NCBI GenBank assembly: GCA_017988045.1
Contig: JAGNSM010000001.1
Location: forward strand, 1-54,856
Direction of reading: 5' to 3'
From: Fusobacteriaceae bacterium
Lineage (GTDB): Bacteria; Fusobacteriota; Fusobacteriia; Fusobacteriales; Fusobacteriaceae
Length of the DNA stretch: 54,856 nt
Shown here: positions 24,479 through 34,299 of the stretch, in pieces
Numbering within the stretch: the first letter of the stretch is position 1
Layout of the letters: each line of letters starts with the position of its first letter
Position numbers and translations under genes: made by a program
The notes under the pieces: model-generated
Told to the model about the DNA's origin: nothing
Database searches by the model: none
The model's input: only the letters and a program-made list of their open reading frames with translations

Positions 24479-26482
24479 CTAGAATAATTGTCCTATATTA
24501 AAGTAAAATTGTCCGCCTGTATTTTCTGTATCACCTAATGGCCATCCATAATCAAATCTTAATGGTCCTATTGGAGTTTGTATTCTTAATCCAATTCCAT
24601 AAGACATATTTATATCTTCTCCTATACTAGTTTGAGTTGTTGATGTTTCTGTCTTATCCCAAGCTCCACCAAAGTCAAAGAAACCAACTACTTCAAAATT
24701 ATCATTTAAACGAGTTCTATTTTCTAAGTTAGTATACAATTCGTAATTTCCTTTAAAGTCTCCTGAATTATATCCTCTTAAAGTATTTCCTCCACCAACT
24801 CTAAATTTTTGTGAGTCTCTTAAATTGTCACTTCCAACTCCCAATACTGTTCTATATGCAAAATTATTATTTTCAAAGAATCCTTTATGATATTTTCTTA
24901 ATTCCAATTCTGTTGTATAATAATTATTTCTATCTAAAATTCTTCCAACTTCAAATTCTAAACTTGCATATGACCCGTTAGTTGCTGAATAAACATTATT
25001 TCTCGTATCATAAATTAATGCTGGTAGCAAACTAACTGTTGTAAATTCATCTTTTAGGACTTCATCTTCATTCATTTCATCAACAAATTCCAATTTTGTT
25101 CCAAGTCTAAGTCTAATTTTATCAGTTAATGCTTTACCTCCGTTAACTTTAAATCCTTCTTTTGTAACATAGTAAGCATCTGTACTATCTGTATCTTCGT
25201 AAGAAGTACTATATATTGACCATCCATAAGATATTCTATCTGTACCTTTTATCCACGGTTCACTAAATGATAATGAGTATGTTTCTGTGCTACTTTCTCC
25301 AATTGTTGCAGAAAGTGATAAACTTTGGCCTTTTCCTTTAAAGTTAGTATCTTGTACTGCAGCACTACCTACTAATCCTACAGATGATCCATAGGAAATT
25401 GTACCTTGATAAGATGCTGTTTTATTTTCATCTAAAATAAACACTATTATTTTACTATTAGGATCTTCTGGTACTGACTCAAATTGTTGAGTTACATTTT
25501 TAAAGAATCCTAGTCTAAATAAATTTTTTGCTGTCGTTTCAAATTTAGCAGTTTCAAAAGGTTTCCCTTTTTCAAGAACAATTTCTCTTTGAATTACATA
25601 ATCTCTTGTTTTTAAATCTGCTGCTTCTGATTTTCTTCTCTCATCATTTTCTCTATTTACAATTTTTCTAAATCTAATATCTTTAACTACACCTTCACCA
25701 ATATAAAATACTATTGATTTGTTCTCAGGATTAATTTTAATATCATATACTTGAGCAAGCCCGTAACCTGCATCTACATATTTTTTATCTAATAAAGATT
25801 TATCACTACGTAAATCATTATAGTTAAAAACTGATTTATCTTTACTTTTTATTAACCCTTTTAATTCCTCGTCATTAAATAATGTATTACCTTCAATTTC
25901 GATTTTATCTACGTACATATTTTCTACTACATTGTATGTCAAATAAACTCCGTCTTCATATTTTGTAGCAGAAGGCTCAACACTATAAAAATATCCACTA
26001 TTTAAGAGAGCTGTTCTAGCTTCTAAAGCCTTTGTCTTAGAAAAATATCCTCCAACAGTTAAAGGAATCATAGATTTAAACTCATCTGCCTTCAAATATG
26101 TTAATCCACTTATATTAATATCTTTTATTGTTAAACTTTTATCTATTTTTTCAATTTCAGAAAGTGGTATAATCCCTTTTGCTTTTAGTAGATTTTTTAC
26201 ATCTGATTTTTCAGTTAAATTTACTATCAGCTTTATTCCATCTGGTTCTATTTCTGGATAAATCTTTAAATCTTCTATATAATCTTGATTTTTTAATCTA
26301 ATATAATCCTTTACCATTAGTTCTGCAGTATAAGTTGTCCCTATTTTTAAATCCATATTACTTTCTATAACTTCTATAGGAACTTCTTTATTGTTAAGTA
26401 TCTCAACATTTTTTATCGTAAGTTTACTCTCAGCAAACATAAACTGAGACATTATAAGCATAATTAAAAATATCTTCCTCAC
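24479..26482 (-). CDS. bamA: Outer membrane protein assembly factor BamA
   Basis: 667 aa. Signal peptide, POTRA-like repeats, and an Omp85 barrel ending in GQFYFNIGQLF. GTG start with RBS GGAGG. Confidence 0.9.
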   Translation of the reverse strand: MRKIFLIMLIMSQFMFAESKLTIKNVEILNNKEVPIEVIESNMDLKIGTTYTAELMVKDYIRLKNQDYIEDLKIYPEIEPDGIKLIVNLTEKSDVKNLLKAKGIIPLSEIEKIDKSLTIKDINISGLTYLKADEFKSMIPLTVGGYFSKTKALEARTALLNSGYFYSVEPSATKYEDGVYLTYNVVENMYVDKIEIEGNTLFNDEELKGLIKSKDKSVFNYNDLRSDKSLLDKKYVDAGYGLAQVYDIKINPENKSIVFYIGEGVVKDIRFRKIVNRENDERRKSEAADLKTRDYVIQREIVLEKGKPFETAKFETTAKNLFRLGFFKNVTQQFESVPEDPNSKIIVFILDENKTASYQGTISYGSSVGLVGSAAVQDTNFKGKGQSLSLSATIGESSTETYSLSFSEPWIKGTDRISYGWSIYSTSYEDTDSTDAYYVTKEGFKVNGGKALTDKIRLRLGTKLEFVDEMNEDEVLKDEFTTVSLLPALIYDTRNNVYSATNGSYASLEFEVGRILDRNNYYTTELELRKYHKGFFENNNFAYRTVLGVGSDNLRDSQKFRVGGGNTLRGYNSGDFKGNYELYTNLENRTRLNDNFEVVGFFDFGGAWDKTETSTTQTSIGEDINMSYGIGLRIQTPIGPLRFDYGWPLGDTENTGGQFYFNIGQLF

Positions 26483-26553
26483 TATTATTCCTCCAACTAT
26501 TTTCTTTTGTATAGCATATTACAAGACTTTAATTTCTTTTAGTTTATAATTTA

Positions 26554-29500
26554 CTATTTTCTTTTAAATATAGAATCTCTTTGATACTTGAAATCAATCC
26601 CCAAATGTATATTATTTTTATCTGAGTATCCATCTTCTTCCAACCTTTGTACTCCCAAGCTTAATGCTGCATTGTTATTCAATTGGTAGTCTAGCCACAA
26701 ATCATAATTTGATATATCTCCAGATTTTTCTTCTGAAAATTCCACAAGTCCATTCCAAAATATCTTATTTTTGTACAATGAATCTCTAAATTCAAAGGTT
26801 GTACCTAATAATAAATTCGGTGTTAAACTTAATGTTTCATCATCCAATTTTAATAATTTCGATGAAATTTTTACTTTTGAGATATTAAGTAATTTCTCTA
26901 ATTCTTTTGATAGAGGACTAAATATCTCTTCACTAAATTGTTTATCAATTATGTCTTTTACTACTGAGTTTACCGAAGAGTTTGCTACGTTACTCTTAAA
27001 TAATAATAGAGCTGTTATATCTTGGGTACTAAGCCCTGATGAAGATTGTAAATCTAAAGTTAGTGCGTCATAATAACCACTTATTGTTATATAAACTTCT
27101 TCACTTGATATTTCAGTCTGAGCTTTAATTGCTAATGATGGGTTTATATTTGGGAAATATTCATTAATTCCATCAAATATAATAATTCCACTTTCAACTT
27201 TAAATATACTACTATTAAAAGTCAATGCTCCATCTTCTGATAGCAATCTCCCCATAAAGTTAATTTTACTATCTTTGATTTCTAGTGTACCGCCTCCTTC
27301 AATTTTTAGTTCTATATCCTCTATTAAGGGTATATTATCTGCTGTAAAATAGATTCCTTCGCCTATATTAATATCTAATTTGGCATCAAAACCAATTTTC
27401 ATTGGCTCTTTTACTTCATCTTTTTTTCCTAGACTAGGCAATTTAAATACATTTCCATTATTTATAAGTATATCTCCACTTAAAAAATTGTTTGAATAAT
27501 TAATATCTGTATCCAAATTTATTAAGACTGTTTTATCATAATTATAGTCAACATCATCTAATTTCACATTTACACTATAATCATTAAATACACTCATAGG
27601 ATTTGCTAATAATTCTTCAGAAAACTTAGGAATTTTTAAATACCCATCTACAGCAATAGTACCATTATTTAAGCTTCCTGTAAAACTTTTTATTTTGATT
27701 CCTTCCATATTAATATCTATTTCACTGTTAATATTTTTAAAAATTAATGACCTGTCACTACTTGATACAGAAGCATTAACCAATGATAGAGTTCCATTAT
27801 TAGAATCGTTTTTTAGAGCAATATCTATATTAGCTTTACCACTAATATCTTTAACTTTTTCACCTAATATAATATTAAAAATTCCTAAATCAAAATCATT
27901 TGCTTTTACACTAAAGTCATAGGTATTTTTCTCTATATTAAATTCTCCTTCTGATTTTAGCATGTTATTTCCATAATTCATTTCCAAATATTCTACATTA
28001 AGTTTTTTTTCATTCCCACTCATTTTGGCAGAAATTTTATCAATTGTTATATTGTTATATTTTAATCCTGTACTTTTCAAGCTAAGTTCATAATCCATTT
28101 TACCTTTAATTATTCCACTAGCTTCAAAATTTAAATTTAACTTACCACTTAGTTTATAATCATTCACTAAATATTCTATATCTTTTATAGCCAAATTCTC
28201 ATTTCCTAGTTTAACATCAAATTTCTTTGAGAAAATATCAAGATATCCTTCAGCTTCAATTATATTGAATCCACTATCTCCTAAGATTTTAAGCTCAGTC
28301 AAATTTAATTTACCTGTCTCACTTATTTTAGCTAAGTCACCATCAACATAGCTCAATTTCAAAAATAAATCTGGTATTTTTTTACCTCTATAGTAAATAC
28401 TATCTAGATTTACTTGGGCAACTGCACGCACATCATCGTAGTTTCCCCAAATATTTACAACACCCATAACTCTATACTTAACATTTGTATCTTTATAATA
28501 GTTATTTAAGTTTGATTCTAATAAATTGGCTTTTAAATTTAAATATTCTTTTTCTAAATTTATTGTACCTAAAAATTTATTTTCTTTAAAATAAAAATCT
28601 TCTAAATAAATAACTTTATTTTTCAAACTTAATTTACCATGAATTTTGGCATTCTCTGTATTATTATAATTCAAAACACTATCCGTTAAATCCATAAATA
28701 AACTTGGATTATTAGGATTTCCAGTTATTTTCCCTACAACACTTCCTATGTGCCCTTTTATGTTGTATTTATCACTTTTAGCTCTTTGTAGGTCATAATC
28801 ATTTAATTTATAATCTATATCCAAATCATTTGAAGAAATTCCGTATGTTCCACTAAGAAATAAATTAGCATTTTTTATTTCTTCTATGTAAACCTTATTT
28901 TTATCAAAAGACAAATTTAAATATAAATCTTTAAAACTAAGTTCATTATAGTTTAGTTGTTCCACATACCCTTCAGCAGTTCCATTTATATTATTGTTTT
29001 TACTTTCTACAACTCCATAAAAATGGGTATTTTTTAGCAAAACTCCATAATTTAAGCTTTCTATATCTGTATTATAATTAATCAAGAAGTCTTTACTCTT
29101 TCCACTAATTGTGAAAGTAGTGTTTGCTACAAACTCTGGCACATTTTTAAGAAATGGAAAATCTTTGCTGTGAATATTTGACTCAAAAACTTCTGCATCA
29201 TAATCAAGAGTTTTTATATTTACAGTACCTCTTCCCTTAAATGAAGAGTCTCCTCTAGTTCCATAAGCTTCATTTATTATGATTTTATCAGCGATATTTT
29301 CAAAAGACAAGTTCAAATCTTTAAAATATATATCGTTATGAACTATTACATTACCTTCTGCTTTGCTAAGCGATTTTTTTTCAAAATTATATGATAAATC
29401 TAATTTACCTTCCAAACTATTATTTTTTATAACTTCATTCCCAAAGCTAATAGGTTCAATAAAATTACCTTTTATTGCCATATTTGTAGTTTTAAAATTA

Positions 29501-30909
29501 TAGCTAAAATCAAAAGGATAAACCATATCTTTATTTTTCAAATCAATTTGTTCTTTTTTAAAATCATAAACAAAATTTCCATTAAACTTTTTATTTAGAA
29601 AAAATGATTTTATATTTATTAAATTATAATCAAATTTTAGCTTGTCCTCTTCATAAATTCCTTTTAACTTAGCATTCAAATTTATAGGATAATTAATACT
29701 TTTACTATTTGTATATTCTGTATCTAAATCATTAATAATAAATTTAAATTTATTAAAATCAAAGTCAAAATCAATCTTAGCTTTACTAAATTTATGTTCA
29801 AACCAATTTATCTCTTTACTATCAGCATAAAGTTCCAAATTAGGTTTGCTAGTTTTTATATTATCAAAGACTAATTTTCCTTTTAATAGTTCTACATTTC
29901 CTTTGATATCTTTATAAAAATCCTTTTTAGGTAAGTTTTTAAATACATAATTTAAATTTACATCTTCTGAATCAAAGAAAATCCCTAAATAGTTCTTGTT
30001 TTTATTTAATTCAAAATTAACTTTATATTTATCCAAACTACTCGTTGCATAAATATTTATTTTTTCTTTTGTTAGTTCTATTGAGGAATCTACATTTTTC
30101 AAATCATCTACTAAATATTTGTATTTGATAATTCCTTTTTTTATAAAAGCTGTACCACTAAGTCCACTTACTCCAAATTTTAAATCTAAATCTCCTCTTC
30201 CACCCTTGTAAGTTATAGTTTCATTATCATCATAGGCATATTGAAGTAATTCATCTTTAATTACTACATTTTTTAAACTAACACTATAATCATTTTTACC
30301 TTTTTTCACTTCTTTTATTCCAAAACTCAGTTTTTCTGTTTCATCATCAAATCCACTTCCACTAAAATTAAGTTTTAATAATTTTTTTAAATCTATACTA
30401 CCTTCTACCCCTTTTAATTTCATTTTTATAGGTTTTTTATAAGAAATGTCATTATAATAAAGAACTCCATCACTAACTTTTATGTACTTTAATGGGGATG
30501 GTGCTGAACTTTTTTTCTTTTTATCTAAGTTTAGAGCAGACATGATATTAGTTTGAGTAACTTTTGAAATTGTCAAATATATAGTAGGGTTTTTAGCCCA
30601 AAGTTCGCTAATATATCTTCCATCTATTATATCTCTAAAGTTATATTTGATTACAACTTCAGGTATTTCTAATACTCTTTGTCCTTTTTTATCATTTAAT
30701 ATTATATTACGACCTGTTAATGTTCCAAATTTGTTTATTTCTATATTTTCAATCTTCAAATTATAGTCTAACCCTTTATTTATTGCATAGTTAACTATAT
30801 TTTCAAGATTTTTCTTTATATAATATCCTCCTGCAAAAAGAAAAAGCACTACTAACCCTAAGGTAACTAGTGTAAAAACTTTTATTCTTTTTTTATTATT
30901 ATCTTTCAT
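26554..30909 (-). CDS. tamB: TamB-like translocation and assembly module protein (AsmA-like, DUF490-type C-terminus)
   Basis: 1451 aa. N-terminal membrane anchor (VFTLVTLGLVVLFLFAGGYY) and a very long beta-rich body. Lies immediately upstream of bamA. Confidence 0.8.
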   Translation of the reverse strand: MKDNNKKRIKVFTLVTLGLVVLFLFAGGYYIKKNLENIVNYAINKGLDYNLKIENIEINKFGTLTGRNIILNDKKGQRVLEIPEVVIKYNFRDIIDGRYISELWAKNPTIYLTISKVTQTNIMSALNLDKKKKSSAPSPLKYIKVSDGVLYYNDISYKKPIKMKLKGVEGSIDLKKLLKLNFSGSGFDDETEKLSFGIKEVKKGKNDYSVSLKNVVIKDELLQYAYDDNETITYKGGRGDLDLKFGVSGLSGTAFIKKGIIKYKYLVDDLKNVDSSIELTKEKINIYATSSLDKYKVNFELNKNKNYLGIFFDSEDVNLNYVFKNLPKKDFYKDIKGNVELLKGKLVFDNIKTSKPNLELYADSKEINWFEHKFSKAKIDFDFDFNKFKFIINDLDTEYTNSKSINYPINLNAKLKGIYEEDKLKFDYNLINIKSFFLNKKFNGNFVYDFKKEQIDLKNKDMVYPFDFSYNFKTTNMAIKGNFIEPISFGNEVIKNNSLEGKLDLSYNFEKKSLSKAEGNVIVHNDIYFKDLNLSFENIADKIIINEAYGTRGDSSFKGRGTVNIKTLDYDAEVFESNIHSKDFPFLKNVPEFVANTTFTISGKSKDFLINYNTDIESLNYGVLLKNTHFYGVVESKNNNINGTAEGYVEQLNYNELSFKDLYLNLSFDKNKVYIEEIKNANLFLSGTYGISSNDLDIDYKLNDYDLQRAKSDKYNIKGHIGSVVGKITGNPNNPSLFMDLTDSVLNYNNTENAKIHGKLSLKNKVIYLEDFYFKENKFLGTINLEKEYLNLKANLLESNLNNYYKDTNVKYRVMGVVNIWGNYDDVRAVAQVNLDSIYYRGKKIPDLFLKLSYVDGDLAKISETGKLNLTELKILGDSGFNIIEAEGYLDIFSKKFDVKLGNENLAIKDIEYLVNDYKLSGKLNLNFEASGIIKGKMDYELSLKSTGLKYNNITIDKISAKMSGNEKKLNVEYLEMNYGNNMLKSEGEFNIEKNTYDFSVKANDFDLGIFNIILGEKVKDISGKANIDIALKNDSNNGTLSLVNASVSSSDRSLIFKNINSEIDINMEGIKIKSFTGSLNNGTIAVDGYLKIPKFSEELLANPMSVFNDYSVNVKLDDVDYNYDKTVLINLDTDINYSNNFLSGDILINNGNVFKLPSLGKKDEVKEPMKIGFDAKLDINIGEGIYFTADNIPLIEDIELKIEGGGTLEIKDSKINFMGRLLSEDGALTFNSSIFKVESGIIIFDGINEYFPNINPSLAIKAQTEISSEEVYITISGYYDALTLDLQSSSGLSTQDITALLLFKSNVANSSVNSVVKDIIDKQFSEEIFSPLSKELEKLLNISKVKISSKLLKLDDETLSLTPNLLLGTTFEFRDSLYKNKIFWNGLVEFSEEKSGDISNYDLWLDYQLNNNAALSLGVQRLEEDGYSDKNNIHLGIDFKYQRDSIFKRK

Positions 30910-30917
30910 AATCCCAC

Positions 30918-32648
30918 CTAAAATAATGAACTAATATCTAATATTACATATTTTTCATTAAAATCTTTTACATAAGTTGTAGCAATAAGTAAGTTTCCTG
31001 ATAATTTTATAGGTTTATACCCTTTTTGTGCCATATTAATTTCTTTTTCAAGTTTCATTTCTTTATTAAAAATATAAATTTTATAGGAATTTTCATCTAA
31101 AATATAAATTTTATCTCCAACAAAAGAAATTGAATTTAAACCATTGGAAAATTTTTCAGACTCTATGTTTTTAGAAAAAATATTATTATTAAATATCATC
31201 ACTCTTTTGTAAGGACTGTCTATTATATAGGTACTCCCATTTATTTGGATATCTCTTAAACTATTTCTATCAAAATCATTAAATGAAAATGCATTAGAAG
31301 ATACTTTTTTAGATACAGTCTTCAAGACATTTTCTTTTTTACCAAATTCTGTAATTTTATTGAAAGATGCATCAAATACTTTTATTTTTTTATCTTTATT
31401 ATCAGTTATATATATTAAACTTTTACTCTTATCAATTACAATTTTATTATTATAAGTAGTATTATCAACTATACCTTTTTTCTTTTTATCTTTATAATAA
31501 TAAGGCTCATAAGCTAATAAATTATAACTATTTTCGAGTGAATTTATTTTTCTTCCATTATAGCTTAATCTATAAATACTATTTGTTTTATTACTCAAAA
31601 TAATAAAATCGCCATTATTATCAATATCAAAACTATATGAGCTTGGCGGTAGATTCCCTATTTTTTTTATAAATTTACCTACTGCAGAATATACTAATAT
31701 TTCATTAAGAACCTCGTCTAATATATAAACGTTTTTGCTAATATCTCTCTTTATATCAATTGGTTTTACATAGTATCCTTCTCCAACTGGTAAAACTTTT
31801 TTTAATGGTCTGCTTGTTTCTGCAATTAAAGAAAAATAATATAATTGAGAATTCTTTGCAAAATATACTCCCATAGGTGCTTCTCCAAAAGTTTTTATAT
31901 CAATCAAAGTTACATCACTAGGCACATCCATTTTAATTTTTTTATTGGTTTTTATATCTACAAATTCGTTCTTTACTTTTTCATAAACAAAAAGTTTTTT
32001 ATCAACATTATATAATTTATAAGGCTCAATAAAATTCTTTAAATCTACCGTATTTTTCAAAGTTAAATTTTCATAATTATAAATTTTCTTATTTTTTTTA
32101 TCTAATACATAAAGATTAATCCCAACTTTTTTTATACTGTAATTAAGTCCAAAACTTGATTTACTTATTTTAGTTTTAGGTAATGATAACTCCTTTACCC
32201 ACACCTTTTGTTTATCAAACACTTGAACTCTATTGTTAGATTCATCTGCAATATATATGTATTTATCATCTTTTTCGATTTCTCCGGGGTTAGAAAATTC
32301 TCCTCTACGCATGCCTTCTTGTCCGAATTCTATTGTATTATTGTCCGATAAATTTATAACTTTTATATAACTTCTATCACCGATACTTAACCATAATTCA
32401 TTGCCTATTTTATTCAAATCATTAAGTTTACCATTAGATGCATAAATCCTTTTCAAATTATAATCTTTATCATATATCATAAGGTCTCCAGAAAGATAGT
32501 CAGCCATATAATATTCATTGTCGTATTTTTTAATTATAGAAGGACTAAAAAAATTATCTTTTTTATCTCCAAAAGCTTTACCAAATTGTGTCATCGATAA
32601 AATATTTATTGTAAATACTAAAAAAATAATAATTCTTCTAATCTGCAT
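30918..32648 (-). CDS. Secreted NHL-repeat beta-propeller protein
   Basis: 576 aa. Signal peptide MQIRRIIIFLVFTINILSM. Repeated NHL-like strands: ADESNNRVQVFDK, DNKDKKIKVFDAS, YKRVMIFNNN, NSYKIYIFNKE. Confidence 0.6.
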   Translation of the reverse strand: MQIRRIIIFLVFTINILSMTQFGKAFGDKKDNFFSPSIIKKYDNEYYMADYLSGDLMIYDKDYNLKRIYASNGKLNDLNKIGNELWLSIGDRSYIKVINLSDNNTIEFGQEGMRRGEFSNPGEIEKDDKYIYIADESNNRVQVFDKQKVWVKELSLPKTKISKSSFGLNYSIKKVGINLYVLDKKNKKIYNYENLTLKNTVDLKNFIEPYKLYNVDKKLFVYEKVKNEFVDIKTNKKIKMDVPSDVTLIDIKTFGEAPMGVYFAKNSQLYYFSLIAETSRPLKKVLPVGEGYYVKPIDIKRDISKNVYILDEVLNEILVYSAVGKFIKKIGNLPPSSYSFDIDNNGDFIILSNKTNSIYRLSYNGRKINSLENSYNLLAYEPYYYKDKKKKGIVDNTTYNNKIVIDKSKSLIYITDNKDKKIKVFDASFNKITEFGKKENVLKTVSKKVSSNAFSFNDFDRNSLRDIQINGSTYIIDSPYKRVMIFNNNIFSKNIESEKFSNGLNSISFVGDKIYILDENSYKIYIFNKEMKLEKEINMAQKGYKPIKLSGNLLIATTYVKDFNEKYVILDISSLF

Positions 32649-32656
32649 AGTTCCTC

Positions 32657-33520
32657 CTAGTCATTTAATAAATCTAAAAATGCACTTCCTTTTTTTATTT
32701 CTTCATCAAATTCTTTTATAATAACAGGTATTTGTTCCTTTGTTAATTTCAATATATTCATCATTTTTAAACTAACTAAAGTTTTACCATAATTTCCACT
32801 ATCGCCAATTTTTTTTAGCCTTACAAGTGTATCTGCTAAACTCACTATAGCAACTAATTGCTCGTGTTCTGGATAAATGTTTTTTTCAATATCATGATGA
32901 TATGCTATTGCAGCTACAATAGGCTTTGGTAAATTCCATGAATCACCTAATCTCTTCCCAATAGCTCCATGGTCATATCCTAATGTTTCAACTTCTGCTT
33001 CATTTAAATTTTTTCCTGAATCCTTTGACAATTGTAATGCTTTTAAAAATTCACTATTAAAATATAAATCCTCAAATACTTTAGTAATATCATGTAAAAG
33101 TCCTGAAACAAATGCAACTTCAGCATTTTGATATTTAATCTTTTGAGCTATTAACTTTGACATAAATGCAACAGCAACAGTATGATGCCAAAATTTTTCT
33201 TTATCAAAAGCCCCTTTACCCTTTAGCAATTTAACCATCCCTGCACTAACAGCAAGATTTCTAACAGTATCAAATCCCAATATTACAATTGATTCCGTAA
33301 CTGTAGCAATTTTCCTAGGAAATCCATAATATGACGAATTAACTAACCTTAATGTTTTGGATGTTAAGGCTTGGTCATTTTTTATAAGTTCATTTATCTC
33401 TCTTGGAGTACTTTTTGGATTGTCTAAAAGCCCTAAAAGTTCTGTTATTATGATTGGTAAAGTTGGTAATTGATCTATTTTTTCTATTTTTTTCTTTATC
33501 TCATCCATACTCATTGCCAT
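32657..33520 (-). CDS. HDOD domain-containing signalling protein
   Basis: 287 aa. LPTLPIIITELLGLLDNPKSTPREINELIKNDQALTSKTLRLVNSSYYG is a typical HDOD N-terminus. HD-like residues GLLHDITK and HH are present. Confidence 0.8.
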   Translation of the reverse strand: MAMSMDEIKKKIEKIDQLPTLPIIITELLGLLDNPKSTPREINELIKNDQALTSKTLRLVNSSYYGFPRKIATVTESIVILGFDTVRNLAVSAGMVKLLKGKGAFDKEKFWHHTVAVAFMSKLIAQKIKYQNAEVAFVSGLLHDITKVFEDLYFNSEFLKALQLSKDSGKNLNEAEVETLGYDHGAIGKRLGDSWNLPKPIVAAIAYHHDIEKNIYPEHEQLVAIVSLADTLVRLKKIGDSGNYGKTLVSLKMMNILKLTKEQIPVIIKEFDEEIKKGSAFLDLLND

Positions 33521-33531
33521 TTTTATCGCCC

Positions 33532-34230
33532 CTATAATGGTTTTTTTAATGCAACTCCAGCTCTTCTAGGATATTTGTTATCTGTCTTTGCATTTTTTCT
33601 TATTTTAAGTATTATTCTTTCGGCTCCAGAGAATGGTAATTTACTTTCAACTACTTCTTCTAAAGAACAATTTAATATTTTCAATGCATTTTTTGCTTCC
33701 TCTATTTCATCAATGTATTCTAATTTTTGAGGGAAAAATATTCCATTTTCTTTAATAAAAGGCACTACATATTCTAAAATTACATTTAGTCTATTAACTC
33801 CTCTACACAATCCTAAATCGTAAGTTTCTCTTCTTTCTTTTATAAAATCTTCAGCTCTACCGTTTATGACCTCAACATTTTTTAATGACAATAATGTTTT
33901 TATTTCCTCTAAAAACTTAGTCTTTTTTCCAACAGAGTCCATCAGAGTAAAGCTAATATTAGGATTACAAATTGCAAGTACCATCCCTGGAAAACCTGCT
34001 CCTGTTCCTATGTCTATCGCATTTCCTTCTCTTATCGGTAACTTCTTGTGAACTATTAATGAATCAATAAAATGTTTTTCTATTAAATCTTCATTATCTC
34101 TTATTGCTGTCAAATTCGTATGAGTATTATACGCTAATAATTCTTCAGCATATTTTATTAATTTATCAATAGTTTCAATTGGCAAATTAAGGTCTAATAA
34201 TTTTATTCCACTTTCTAAATATTCTCTCAT
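33532..34230 (-). CDS. rsmG: 16S rRNA (guanine527-N7)-methyltransferase RsmG (GidB)
   Basis: 232 aa. NLTAIRD..., DIGTGAGFPGMVLAI. Positioned after mnmG. Confidence 0.9.
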   Translation of the reverse strand: MREYLESGIKLLDLNLPIETIDKLIKYAEELLAYNTHTNLTAIRDNEDLIEKHFIDSLIVHKKLPIREGNAIDIGTGAGFPGMVLAICNPNISFTLMDSVGKKTKFLEEIKTLLSLKNVEVINGRAEDFIKERRETYDLGLCRGVNRLNVILEYVVPFIKENGIFFPQKLEYIDEIEEAKNALKILNCSLEEVVESKLPFSGAERIILKIRKNAKTDNKYPRRAGVALKKPL

Positions 34231-34259
34231 TTTACCCTTCCTAACCTTCTAATATTTTT

Positions 34260-34287
34260 AATAGCTTATGGATATACATAAGCTATT
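34260..34287. other. Perfect 11-bp inverted repeat between mnmG and rsmG
   Basis: AATAGCTTATG gatata CATAAGCTATT. No T-run follows on the transcribed (minus) strand. Confidence 0.4.
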
Positions 34288-34299
34288 AAAAACTATTTT

